DNA of 64,000 nt from positions 66,255 to 130,254 of the forward strand of contig RDNZ01000003.1 in NCBI GenBank assembly GCA_011364905.1, given 5' to 3'. Source of the stretch: Candidatus Thorarchaeota archaeon (GTDB lineage Archaea; Asgardarchaeota; Thorarchaeia; Thorarchaeales; Thorarchaeaceae). Each line of letters starts with the position of its first letter. Position 1 is the first letter of the stretch. Both the position numbers and the translations under genes were made by a program. Shown in pieces: positions 7,769 through 16,446 of this stretch. The notes under the pieces were generated by a model, which was not told where the DNA came from, made no database searches, and worked only from the letters and a program-made list of their open reading frames with translations.

Positions 7769-10354
7769 TTGGAGAGAAACATGAAGAGAAAGGTTGCGAA
7801 CCTTGCCCTCTCGCTGATTGGTCCGATTGCACTGATTATCATTCTTACAATGCCCATCGGACCATTGACTGGGGGGTTAGGCATCATTGAGCCAATTGGT
7901 GGGATCTTCGACAGTGGCGTTCCAGCACCCGGGTCACAGAGAATAACTCTCAATGGCCTAGATGCTCAAGTCGAAGTAGTCGTCGACCATTTGGGAGTAC
8001 CGCATATCTATGCTGAATCTGCTCATGATGCGTTCATGGCGCTTGGTTATATGCATGCTAAAGATCGATTGTTTCAAATCACCATGCAAAACTACTTCGC
8101 GGCTGGACGCATTAGTGAAATCGTTGGCGCTTATGCGGCTAGTTCCGATATGTACTATAGAACAATAGGTCTAAAACGAGCAGCACAAACGACGCTTGAC
8201 TGGTATGAAGCTAATGCAGCAACAAATCCCATTGTTGCTACAGCTTTGGATGCCATCAATGCAGAAGTTGAGGGCGCAAATATATTCATTCGCTCAATGA
8301 CCGCTGCAAATACTCCAGTAGAGTTTAAAATTCTGGGATTCAAACCAGAGCCATGGCAGGCCGTTGATTGTTTTGTGAACGCCAAGATGCTTACCTGGGG
8401 TCTCTCGGGTGGAGTTGCGGATTTCCAGCGGCAATGGGAACGCCAAGAACTGAATAATGATTCAATGTACAATGACTTGTTCCCTGACTTGATGCCGTAC
8501 ACAGTACCAATCATCCAAGAACAAGCCAACATTAGTTATGCTCAATACCCCCTTGCTCCCGGAATGTATCCTGCCACTGATGATCCTGGCCAATATACAA
8601 GTATGGCACTCGCTGATGAAACCTATATTCCAGAGGGCAAGCTCGAGTCGTTGCTCAATATGATGAACGAAGTTCTGAGTCCTTTTGGAGATAGGGAACT
8701 AGTGGGCAGCAACAACTGGGCAATCAATGGATCAAAGTCGTCCACTGGGACGCCTATCTTAGCTGGAGATCCTCACCTGACACTGCAAGCTCCGAGTGTC
8801 TGGTACGAAGCCCACATCGTGGTACCTGGCGAGCTGGATGTCACGGGCACAACATTCCCAGGCCTTCCTGCTGTCTTGATTGGTCATAATGATCATGTGG
8901 CATATAGCTTCACAAATGTTGGCGCAGATGTCACTGACATCTTTGTTGAGCAACTCAATCCTTCAAATCCCGATCAATACTGGTACAATGGCGAATACAG
9001 AGATTTCACAATCTATAATGAGGACATTCACACCAAGGAAGGTACAGTCATACCTTTCACCGTTAAGGAGTCTGTTCATGGTCCCCTAATCGACTCGGCG
9101 ATAAACACCTATGGTTTGTTTGGCGATTCAAACCCGAATCTTGCCATGAACTGGACTGGGAACAGCGTTACTCATGAGTTGGTTGCCTCTGCTGGATACA
9201 TGAGAGCACACAATCTGGATGAGTTTATTGACGCGATGTATTGGTGGGATAGTCCTCCTCAGAACTGCGTTTTTGCTGATGACTCAGGAAACATTGCAAT
9301 GTTGGTAGTTGGACGTTTTCCAGTGCGAGCAGGGTACACAGGTGAATATCCAGTTGTTGCTCTTAATGACACAGTTGGAATGGTCAGTAATATCCCCTAC
9401 GCATACAATCCCCGTGAGATAAATCCCTCACGCTGTTTCGTTTCCTCGGCAAATCAGAGAACGATTGACCCAAGTGAATATGGCTACGACATCCTCGGGC
9501 CACAGGCAAACGGGTACAGAGGAAGGCGTATTTTCTATCTATTGAGTAACAATAATGGAATCTCTGTTGATGACATGAAGAGGTTTCAGGCTGACGTTGT
9601 TGAAGTCAGAGCTGAGGTGATTTTGCCGTATGTCATTGATGCCTGGGACTCGGTAGGCGATGGAAATACAACGATCTCTAATGCAGTTGATATTCTTCGA
9701 GATTGGGGCTATAACATGGAGCCTAATCTTGTTGCACCAACAATCTGGATGTATCTTATTAACGCGATTCATTACGAAACCTTTGACGAGATCCGAGCAG
9801 TCAACACTTCGCTTCCTCTATCTAGGACACCAGTATTAGAACAGATAGTAGTGACGAACAACGCGTACTATCTCGATGATCACTCCACTGTCGGCACTAT
9901 TGAGACTCGTGATGAAATCCTTGTTCGTGCTCTTCACAGAGCGATTGATACTCTTACCTCAGACTGGGCTGACGAACCTAACTGGGTGTATGGTAACCGT
10001 CACATTGTCCACATCGAACATCTTGCTGGATTCACCGTGATTGGTGACGTGCCATCTCGAGGTCAAGACACACTTGACGTTGCCCCTGGTTGGGTTGTCA
10101 CTCATGGACCTTCTACCAGACTGGTAGCCGATTTGGGCAACATTCAGATGTCTTACATGGCCTATCCAGGTGGTCAGAGCGGTAACATGTTCAGTCCACA
10201 TTGGAGTGATATGTTTGATATCTGGTATTCGTACGATAACGTCACTAAGCAACATGGATACCACATTCTGTACTTCTATTCGACTGCAACAGCATTTAGA
10301 ACTGCAGACACTGATGGCACACTCATAGAGGGGACCATCACCTTTGTTCCATAG
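7769..10354 (+). CDS. Penicillin acylase / acyl-homoserine-lactone acylase family Ntn hydrolase (peptidase S45), membrane-anchored
   Basis: DHLGVPHIYAES and HAKDRLFQ alpha-chain motifs. GSNNWAINGSKSSTGTPILAGDPHL contains the beta-chain N-terminal nucleophile Ser. N-terminal hydrophobic anchor. Confidence 0.85.
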   Translation: MERNMKRKVANLALSLIGPIALIIILTMPIGPLTGGLGIIEPIGGIFDSGVPAPGSQRITLNGLDAQVEVVVDHLGVPHIYAESAHDAFMALGYMHAKDRLFQITMQNYFAAGRISEIVGAYAASSDMYYRTIGLKRAAQTTLDWYEANAATNPIVATALDAINAEVEGANIFIRSMTAANTPVEFKILGFKPEPWQAVDCFVNAKMLTWGLSGGVADFQRQWERQELNNDSMYNDLFPDLMPYTVPIIQEQANISYAQYPLAPGMYPATDDPGQYTSMALADETYIPEGKLESLLNMMNEVLSPFGDRELVGSNNWAINGSKSSTGTPILAGDPHLTLQAPSVWYEAHIVVPGELDVTGTTFPGLPAVLIGHNDHVAYSFTNVGADVTDIFVEQLNPSNPDQYWYNGEYRDFTIYNEDIHTKEGTVIPFTVKESVHGPLIDSAINTYGLFGDSNPNLAMNWTGNSVTHELVASAGYMRAHNLDEFIDAMYWWDSPPQNCVFADDSGNIAMLVVGRFPVRAGYTGEYPVVALNDTVGMVSNIPYAYNPREINPSRCFVSSANQRTIDPSEYGYDILGPQANGYRGRRIFYLLSNNNGISVDDMKRFQADVVEVRAEVILPYVIDAWDSVGDGNTTISNAVDILRDWGYNMEPNLVAPTIWMYLINAIHYETFDEIRAVNTSLPLSRTPVLEQIVVTNNAYYLDDHSTVGTIETRDEILVRALHRAIDTLTSDWADEPNWVYGNRHIVHIEHLAGFTVIGDVPSRGQDTLDVAPGWVVTHGPSTRLVADLGNIQMSYMAYPGGQSGNMFSPHWSDMFDIWYSYDNVTKQHGYHILYFYSTATAFRTADTDGTLIEGTITFVP

Positions 10355-10365
10355 GAGGTTTTGAA

Positions 10366-10782
10366 ATGGGAAAGATAGATGACACAATTCCTGAGATTGG
10401 CTTTCTTCCTGCCTTAGTGATAACGATAGTCTTTGGCATCGCTCTTCAGTTGGCGGGCAACTGGATACTAATGTTGATCGCTGGGGCTCTTGGAGCTCTG
10501 TTTGTCAGGAGGATACGGAAAGCATTCCTACTCGGTTTTCTGGGTATAGGAATTGCTTGGGGACTTCTCTTTGCCTACTTGTCAATAACTGCGCAGGCAA
10601 TGGCAGTTGCGAACATGTTCATCGGCCTTCTAGGTCTCGAAGGGCTTGGTTTCATAGTGATTGTAATCAGTATACTGATAGGTGCTTTGCTAGGCGGTTT
10701 TGGTGCAATGTTAGGAAGGGCTCTCTATGAACTCATAGATGAATTCCTACCATCGGGCACTGGAGGAGAACAAACCTCCTAG
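10366..10782 (+). CDS. Small 4-TM membrane protein
   Basis: 138-aa ORF starting 12 nt after the acylase gene; four hydrophobic, Gly-rich segments. Confidence 0.55.
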   Translation: MGKIDDTIPEIGFLPALVITIVFGIALQLAGNWILMLIAGALGALFVRRIRKAFLLGFLGIGIAWGLLFAYLSITAQAMAVANMFIGLLGLEGLGFIVIVISILIGALLGGFGAMLGRALYELIDEFLPSGTGGEQTS

Positions 10783-10818
10783 CCACTATCAAGGCAAGCG
10801 GGTAGTAAGTCCAGAAAC

Positions 10819-10841
10819 GCTGTGGCATTATGTGCCACAGC
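10819..10841. terminator. Perfect hairpin between convergent genes
   Basis: GCTGTGGCA ttatg TGCCACAGC (9-bp stem). On the plus strand a T6 run follows 7 nt later. It abuts the stop codon of the minus-strand gene at 10842. Confidence 0.5.
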
Positions 10842-11405
10842 TCATCCATTTTTTCGTTTGTAAATCAGAGATACAGCGATTGTAGCCGCTAGTCCAACAA
10901 GGCCAACTAGTGCAAGAAACGCAACGGGGTCGTTCTTTGCGTAATGGTGTATGCTCCCCTCAATTTGTTTCATGTATATTGAATCATTCAAGTAGATAAC
11001 ATACCACAATCCGTTCTTTGGGATTTCCACTGACCAAGCTAATTGGACCACAGTTTCTCTCTCGAATAGCGAAGTCGCCGGGTTTCCATGTGCCCATAGA
11101 TTGTAATTCTCTTCATCAAGAATAAGGAAACCAATCCCTCCGAGTAACCAGTTATCGTACTTGGTTTGATCACCCATGAACAGGTCTCCATCTCGAATCA
11201 GGAGAAACTCTCCAGACAGTTTATCCCCCTTCGCACATCTGTATGAAAACGCCTTCCAAGAAACTGCATCCAGTAAGACATCCTGCGTGGCATTCAGGTG
11301 TTTCGCACTTTGTCCACTATTATCCCACGCGTCAACGCCAATTATCAGGAGGCTGAATAAGAATCCGACTAGGATTAACCTCCTCTTCGACTCAACCACC
11401 TCCAA
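10842..11405 (-). CDS. Exported / type-I membrane protein, function unknown
   Basis: Signal-like N-terminus (KRRLILVGFLFSLLIIGVDA), a roughly 140-aa beta-rich domain, a C-terminal TM and a short basic tail (YKRKNG). The TTG start lies inside the last codons of the upstream beta-grasp gene (14-nt overlap). Confidence 0.55.
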   Translation of the reverse strand: MEVVESKRRLILVGFLFSLLIIGVDAWDNSGQSAKHLNATQDVLLDAVSWKAFSYRCAKGDKLSGEFLLIRDGDLFMGDQTKYDNWLLGGIGFLILDEENYNLWAHGNPATSLFERETVVQLAWSVEIPKNGLWYVIYLNDSIYMKQIEGSIHHYAKNDPVAFLALVGLVGLAATIAVSLIYKRKNG

Positions 11406-11643
11406 CAGGCGGGAATATGACTACTGTATCGTTGGCGTGCAATTCATGGTCAAATTTAGTTACTCGGGTGCCATTAACCATGATGATTTTTGCCTGTTCT
11501 TCACCGATTCCTAGTTTGTGTAGTACGCCATTTACAGTTGGGGAATCAAGGTCCAGTGGGAATGCCTCGCCTATTTGCACATTCTTTGGAGCAAGTTTCC
11601 TCAGAGTTGCATAGAGCTTGACATTTACAATCATAGAAATCAC
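11392..11643 (-). CDS. MoaD/ThiS/SAMP-like beta-grasp protein ending in Gly-Gly-Gly
   Basis: 83 aa. KLYATLRKL ... NG ... DTVVIFPPVGGG-stop matches the MoaD/ThiS pattern. 4-nt overlap with the upstream paralogue. Confidence 0.7.
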   Translation of the reverse strand: MISMIVNVKLYATLRKLAPKNVQIGEAFPLDLDSPTVNGVLHKLGIGEEQAKIIMVNGTRVTKFDHELHANDTVVIFPPVGGG

Positions 11644-11969
11644 TGATAGTAATCTACATCAACATCATCACGTGTATATCCATGACCTTTCAGGTGTTGT
11701 CCTCCGCATAGTAGCACCATATTGAAGGGGAAAATTCCCACACGCGCACCTTTTGGTACAATGTCCTTTGGTTTTGCTAAGGTGCCATTCAAAAAGCAAT
11801 CGCCAATGTCTGACCGCTTCAGTCCTAGCCTTTCAATCAATTCAATGAATGTTTCGTTCTCAACATATTCAAGGGTCATGGTCGTGTCTTCATCTGGACG
11901 GCTGCCTTTGACAAGCTTACGAAGGCAACCATAAAGATGAATCTCTATAGAATCTGTAGTCACAGTCAA
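11640..11969 (-). CDS. Beta-grasp (MoaD/ThiS-like) paralogue with C-terminal extension after an internal Gly-Gly
   Basis: 109 aa. HLYGCLRKL ... LNG ... VGIFPFNMVLLCGG aligns with the neighbouring 83-aa protein and is then followed by an 18-residue tail QHLKGHGYTRDDVDVDYYQ. Confidence 0.55.
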   Translation of the reverse strand: MTVTTDSIEIHLYGCLRKLVKGSRPDEDTTMTLEYVENETFIELIERLGLKRSDIGDCFLNGTLAKPKDIVPKGARVGIFPFNMVLLCGGQHLKGHGYTRDDVDVDYYQ

Positions 11970-12050
11970 TCAATTCCCGTATATCGCTTAGTCTGATAAT
12001 ACTAGTGGTATGAAGAAAAGGGCAGGGGGACTTGCTGTCCCCCAAAAAGA

Positions 12051-13841
12051 CTAGAATCCTTTGAAAACTGCATCCAACTCCTCATCAGGAACATCGAAGA
12101 CAACATTGTGTGGTGGAAGAGGTTCTGTTTTGAAGAACTCTGGTAGTCTGTCGTCAGCCTCCGTGAATCCAGCTTTTTTGTTGAACTCTCTCTCCTTCTT
12201 GAGAACATCTTTGCCATAACTTGTCACATCGATGTCTTCTCCAAGGAATGAATCAACAGTGGTTTTCATCGCATTGAATCCATCATCATCATCAAGGATA
12301 CAAAATGCAATGAAAAGACAGTAACCCGTAGAATCAATGTATGCTGTCGTTGCTTGGAATGCCTGCGACAATTCTGCCTTCTTGAGGTCTCGTGGATCTG
12401 TGACCTTACCCTTGATTCCAAGAATTTCTGCAGCTATGGTATATCCAGCTGTGTGATCCGCCCCCATTGTGGATGTGGCATATGTTACACCAATACCTTT
12501 GATCGGTCTTGGGTCATATGCTGGAAGAGCTTGGCCCTTTACAGAAGGAATTCTTGTCACGCCTAAAGTTTTGCCAGCTGTCTGTGCACCTGAAGAGACA
12601 AGTCTACCTTCGACTGAGTCCTCATCGTAGGCTTTCTTTAGCAACGCAATAGCTTTAGGGCCATCTCCAAATGGAATGATTCCTGCTTCCATGAACATGG
12701 CAATTGTATTGCCTGCTTCGATTGTGTCAAGTCCAATATCGTTACATAGCCGATTCAGTTCAGCAACATCGTGAAGAATCCCGATGCCAAGATTTGCTCC
12801 CAATGACCAAGCAGTTTCATATTCAAGAGGTGAAACATGTTGCTTGCCTGTTTCCTCGTAGGGAACTATGTTTGAACAAGCCATGACACACCCCGGGTGA
12901 CACGCATGTGCGTACTTTCCTTCAGCTTTGTCACCAAACTTCGCTTTCGTTTTATCAACCAAATCGTGTACTGCTTCGCCAGATATTTTCGCTGCCTTAT
13001 CGAACCTGCCGGACCTGAATCCTCTCGTGGGTAATCCACCAGCCTCGCTGAGGATATTCAGAAGTATGTTTGTGCCATAGTTCTTTAGACCACCATAAGG
13101 TTCCCCTTTGTCGTCTTTCAGCTTGCCTGTCACAGCATGAGCGTTCAATGACTTGACAAAGGTCTTCCTTGCCTCATCGAATTTTTCTTGGTCCTTCGCC
13201 TCAGGTCTGGATCCTCCTTTCCCATCACTGATTACAGCAACTATTCTTTTGGATCCGAATACCGCACCAAGACCCCCTCGCCCGGCATATCTCCCTGGGT
13301 CTGAATTTTCGATGTTGTTACCAAAGACCCCCGCATTTTCCAACAGTCTTTGTCCAGCTACACCGCATCCGATAATGCCCGGCTTTGTAGGGTGGTCCTT
13401 CCAAACTTTTCCAATTAGATCATAGAGACCGATTCCAGCGTATTGGTTCGTCTTGAGTATCTCACACTTGTCCTTGCCAACAAGTATACTGTACCAGTCT
13501 TTGGAATTCTTCGGAGCACCTTCAATGATTATTCCTCTGACACCAAGGTTACCCAATCGTGTTCCAGTCAGACCGCCCGCATTTGCCTCTTTGATTCCTC
13601 CTGTAAGAGGTGATTTTGCACCTACACTCAATCTACCCGATGACGGCGCAAGTGTTCCAGCGAGTAATCCAGGGGAAATTACTATCTTGTTTTGTTCCCT
13701 CAGTGGATGACAAGTTGGGTCCACCTCCTCTGAAAGAATCGTTGATGTGAATGCACGACCAGCATAGGTCTTGTGTGCTGGCTTCACATTCTGCCATTTA
13801 TGAGAGAGGTCTTCCATATTAATCCGAAGTACTTTACTCAC
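12051..13841 (-). CDS. aor: Aldehyde:ferredoxin oxidoreductase family (tungstopterin enzyme)
   Basis: 596 aa. AOR-type N-terminal domain (VLRINMEDLS...YAGRAF...SPGLLAG), Cys cluster ACHPGCVMAC, conserved C-terminal domains. GTG start preceded by GGAGGA 6 nt upstream. Confidence 0.9.
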   Translation of the reverse strand: MSKVLRINMEDLSHKWQNVKPAHKTYAGRAFTSTILSEEVDPTCHPLREQNKIVISPGLLAGTLAPSSGRLSVGAKSPLTGGIKEANAGGLTGTRLGNLGVRGIIIEGAPKNSKDWYSILVGKDKCEILKTNQYAGIGLYDLIGKVWKDHPTKPGIIGCGVAGQRLLENAGVFGNNIENSDPGRYAGRGGLGAVFGSKRIVAVISDGKGGSRPEAKDQEKFDEARKTFVKSLNAHAVTGKLKDDKGEPYGGLKNYGTNILLNILSEAGGLPTRGFRSGRFDKAAKISGEAVHDLVDKTKAKFGDKAEGKYAHACHPGCVMACSNIVPYEETGKQHVSPLEYETAWSLGANLGIGILHDVAELNRLCNDIGLDTIEAGNTIAMFMEAGIIPFGDGPKAIALLKKAYDEDSVEGRLVSSGAQTAGKTLGVTRIPSVKGQALPAYDPRPIKGIGVTYATSTMGADHTAGYTIAAEILGIKGKVTDPRDLKKAELSQAFQATTAYIDSTGYCLFIAFCILDDDDGFNAMKTTVDSFLGEDIDVTSYGKDVLKKEREFNKKAGFTEADDRLPEFFKTEPLPPHNVVFDVPDEELDAVFKGF

Positions 13842-13904
13842 AGTCTATCCTCCTTTGATAGAACTATGCTCACACATCCTTATATGCGATATGACATAAC
13901 GATT

Positions 13905-13916
13905 CATATCGATATG
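13905..13916. promoter_or_regulatory. Perfect 12-bp palindrome upstream of aor
   Basis: CATATCGATATG lies about 65-75 nt upstream of the aor start. Half-site CGATATG also occurs at 13887-13893. TATA-like CCTTATAT (minus strand ATATAAGG) at 13878-13885. Confidence 0.3.
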
Positions 13917-13967
13917 TATCCGTATTCATAACGCTTATTCTAGTACTAATTCATAGAGAAACACAGA

Positions 13968-14282
13968 TCAAGCCGGAAGGAGGAGTACGACACAGAAAAA
14001 CAAGTCAATGAAAATGCGCATCATGAAATACACGAAGGCAAGCACCGAGAATACTGAAATAACCTCGAAGTTCCTGTATACTGATCTTCCTAGCCTGATG
14101 CTTCTTCGCATTACGATGCTTGTCAAAGTTGCGCGAGCTTTATCATGGAAATCGACATCGCAGGCTCTTAGCGATGAATATCGCTTCAAACAGTTCCATA
14201 TTTCTTTTCCATACTGCGGCCATTTCAGATACATGAGGCTGATTATTAACAAATACACAAGCGGCAGGAAGCAGGTGTCCAT
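13968..14282 (-). CDS. Possible small 2-TM membrane protein
   Basis: 104-aa ORF starting 12 nt downstream of sufS on the same strand, with hydrophobic N- and C-terminal segments. Composition is unusual and coding status uncertain. Confidence 0.35.
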   Translation of the reverse strand: MDTCFLPLVYLLIISLMYLKWPQYGKEIWNCLKRYSSLRACDVDFHDKARATLTSIVMRRSIRLGRSVYRNFEVISVFSVLAFVYFMMRIFIDLFFCVVLLLPA

Positions 14283-14294
14283 GTTATCATCACA

Positions 14295-15506
14295 TCAATC
14301 CAATTTGGAGATTTCCTCCGCAGCTTCAATTAGTGTTTCAACTTCATCTCTTGTATTGTATAGATATAGTGATGCCCTTACACTTCCTTCAATTCCACTT
14401 GCGTTAAACCATGAATGAACACAATGTTGTCCTGACCTTAACATGAGATTGTAGTTACGATTCATTATCAGTGCGACATCATGATACATTACTCCTTCAA
14501 TGTTGAATGAAGTGATTCCGCCACGAAGTCTTGGGTCTCTTATCCCAATGATTGTAACTCCATTAATCTGACTGAACCCGTTATGCACCAGTTGGTTAAG
14601 CTCTTGCTCATGTTTCTCAACTTTCTTCAGGCCGATTGATTTCAAATACCGAATCGCTGCAGCCAGTCCAATCTCACCAGCATAGTTCTGCAAACCTGCC
14701 TCGTATTTCTCAGGTGGGTCTAGGAACTTGTGGTCTTGAAAAGTGCTCCATTCTACAGTTTCGCCTCCAACAATGAATGGATCCAAAACATCATAGTGTT
14801 CCTCTTTTATGTAAACGACACCTGTACCGGTCGGTCCAAGCATCTTGTGTCCAGAAAAGGCTAGAAAGTCAACTCCGAGTTTGGCAACGTCAATCTCATG
14901 ATGCGGTGCTGTTTGGGCAGCATCGAGCAGGACTAGCGACCCATTATCATGTGCAACTTCAATTATTTCCTTAGCAGGAAGCGAATATCCATCCAGATTT
15001 GAAGTCCAAACAAAAGAAACGAGCCTCACCTTCGGAGTTAATGCATCTTTGAATGCCTCAATATTAAAAGTTGAGTCAGGATTGGATTTTACAATCCTAT
15101 GTTCAACTTTCTTTCTGGCAGCAAGTAGTTGACAGGTGACCAAACTAGAATTGTGTTCTCGGTCAGTAGTGAGTACAACATCGCCTTGGTTAACCTGGAG
15201 TGAATTCGTCACAAGATTCAGTCCCTCAGTGGTATTCCGTGTGTAAACAACTTCCTCGAGCTTTTTAGCTCCAATGAATTCCTTGATGTCCTCTCTTGCT
15301 TTTCTGCGAGCTTCTTCGACTTCATGACTTAGTCTATGAACGCTTCTTCCTGCACAAGCAGGAAAGTTCTCGTAATATTCGACAACTGCATCGATTACTT
15401 GACGTGGCTTGAGCGACATACATGCTGAATCCATATATCTAAGAGGTTTGTTTTTGATAATTCGCTGAAGAACGGGGAAATCATTTCTTATTCTATCTGT
15501 GTCCAT
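14295..15506 (-). CDS. sufS: Cysteine desulfurase, group II (SufS/CsdA-like), class V aminotransferase
   Basis: PLP-lysine motif FSGHKMLGPTGTG and active-site Cys in RSGQHCV; 403 aa. Confidence 0.88.
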   Translation of the reverse strand: MDTDRIRNDFPVLQRIIKNKPLRYMDSACMSLKPRQVIDAVVEYYENFPACAGRSVHRLSHEVEEARRKAREDIKEFIGAKKLEEVVYTRNTTEGLNLVTNSLQVNQGDVVLTTDREHNSSLVTCQLLAARKKVEHRIVKSNPDSTFNIEAFKDALTPKVRLVSFVWTSNLDGYSLPAKEIIEVAHDNGSLVLLDAAQTAPHHEIDVAKLGVDFLAFSGHKMLGPTGTGVVYIKEEHYDVLDPFIVGGETVEWSTFQDHKFLDPPEKYEAGLQNYAGEIGLAAAIRYLKSIGLKKVEKHEQELNQLVHNGFSQINGVTIIGIRDPRLRGGITSFNIEGVMYHDVALIMNRNYNLMLRSGQHCVHSWFNASGIEGSVRASLYLYNTRDEVETLIEAAEEISKLD

Positions 15507-15708
15507 AAAGTTTGTAATTTACTCAGCTACTAATAAGCATCCGGCTTGGTTTGTTAAACCTTGTCTAGGCGTTTATTGAACTTCTCTTTAGTAAATTACC
15601 TGAATTGGGCTATCGTTCTCCAATGAGCCACGAATAAAACGAATTTGAAGCTAGTTCGGAATTCAATCAGTGTCCTTAAGAGGTGCAAATAGACTCTGTT
15701 TTTCTTGG

Positions 15709-15921
15709 ATGTGGAAACCAGTGTATCTTGAGAATGCCAGAGCTCTAGTCCAGGGAAGCTTTGTTTTGATATTCGTAGGAGTTGCATATTTCATAAACCT
15801 ACAGATTGGACTCATCCTTGTCTTTATCCAGGGGTGTTTAATTGTACAGTCGAGTTTTACTAATTGGTGTATCCCTGATCCGGCACTGAAGCGAATTGGT
15901 TTCAAAAGGAAGTGTGAGTGA
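15709..15921 (+). CDS. DUF2892 (YgaP-like) small membrane protein
   Basis: Two hydrophobic helices followed by SSFTNWCIPDPALKRIGF, resembling the C-terminal Cys-Pro motif of DUF2892 as I recall it. ATG 15709 chosen as start. Confidence 0.45.
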   Translation: MWKPVYLENARALVQGSFVLIFVGVAYFINLQIGLILVFIQGCLIVQSSFTNWCIPDPALKRIGFKRKCE

Positions 15922-15930
15922 GTAAATAGA

Positions 15931-16446
15931 ATGGGATCTTTTCGGTACATCAAGGGCTTTATTTTGGAACCATTTCTAGGGATTTTTGTTGTTCCAGTTA
16001 TACTTCTACTCTTCATGGGAAGTAATCCAGCTTGGAACATGGTTTTTCCCATCAGTGTAATATCAACAAGTTTAGGACTTCTATTCCTTTTCATAGGTCT
16101 TGTTCTTGTATTCACTACAACATACCATTTTGCTAAATTTGGTAAAGGTTCAGCAGCACCATGGGACCCTCCTGAGAAGCTGGTTGTCCAAGGATTCTAT
16201 CGATACACCAGAAACCCAATGGTAATAGGAGTGCTTTTCACAGTACTTGGTGAAACAATACTATTCGCGTCAACTCCACTCCTCTTGTTGTTCTTTGCAC
16301 TCTGGATAGGGAATCATGTCTTATTCGTAAAAGGTGAAGAACCTGAATTGACGAAGAAGTTTGGCAATCAGTATACATCCTACTTGAAGAATGTCCCGCG
16401 TTGGGTTCCGCGACGAACTGCTTGGAAGCCAGACTCAGACGACTAA
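15931..16446 (+). CDS. Isoprenylcysteine carboxyl / phospholipid methyltransferase (ICMT/PEMT) superfamily membrane protein
   Basis: Polytopic 171-aa protein with YRYTRNPMVIGVLFTVLGE and a C-terminal EE..L...FG..Y..Y...VPRW region characteristic of this superfamily. Confidence 0.7.
   Translation: MGSFRYIKGFILEPFLGIFVVPVILLLFMGSNPAWNMVFPISVISTSLGLLFLFIGLVLVFTTTYHFAKFGKGSAAPWDPPEKLVVQGFYRYTRNPMVIGVLFTVLGETILFASTPLLLLFFALWIGNHVLFVKGEEPELTKKFGNQYTSYLKNVPRWVPRRTAWKPDSDD

Noticed and set aside
10842-11405. Resemblance of the 187-aa type-I membrane protein to eukaryotic p24/emp24 GOLD-domain cargo receptors (signal peptide, beta domain, C-terminal TM, short basic tail; AFSYRCAKGDKLSGEF and GLWYVIYLNDS blocks)
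   Set aside because: The similarity rests on a few residues seen by eye. There is no second conserved Cys and no coiled-coil segment. Many unrelated beta-sandwich ectodomains share this layout, so it is not claimable without profile or structure evidence.
14008-14418. 136-aa plus-strand ORF
   Set aside because: It overlaps the 3' end of sufS and the small minus-strand ORF, has a low-complexity composition and no recognisable features.
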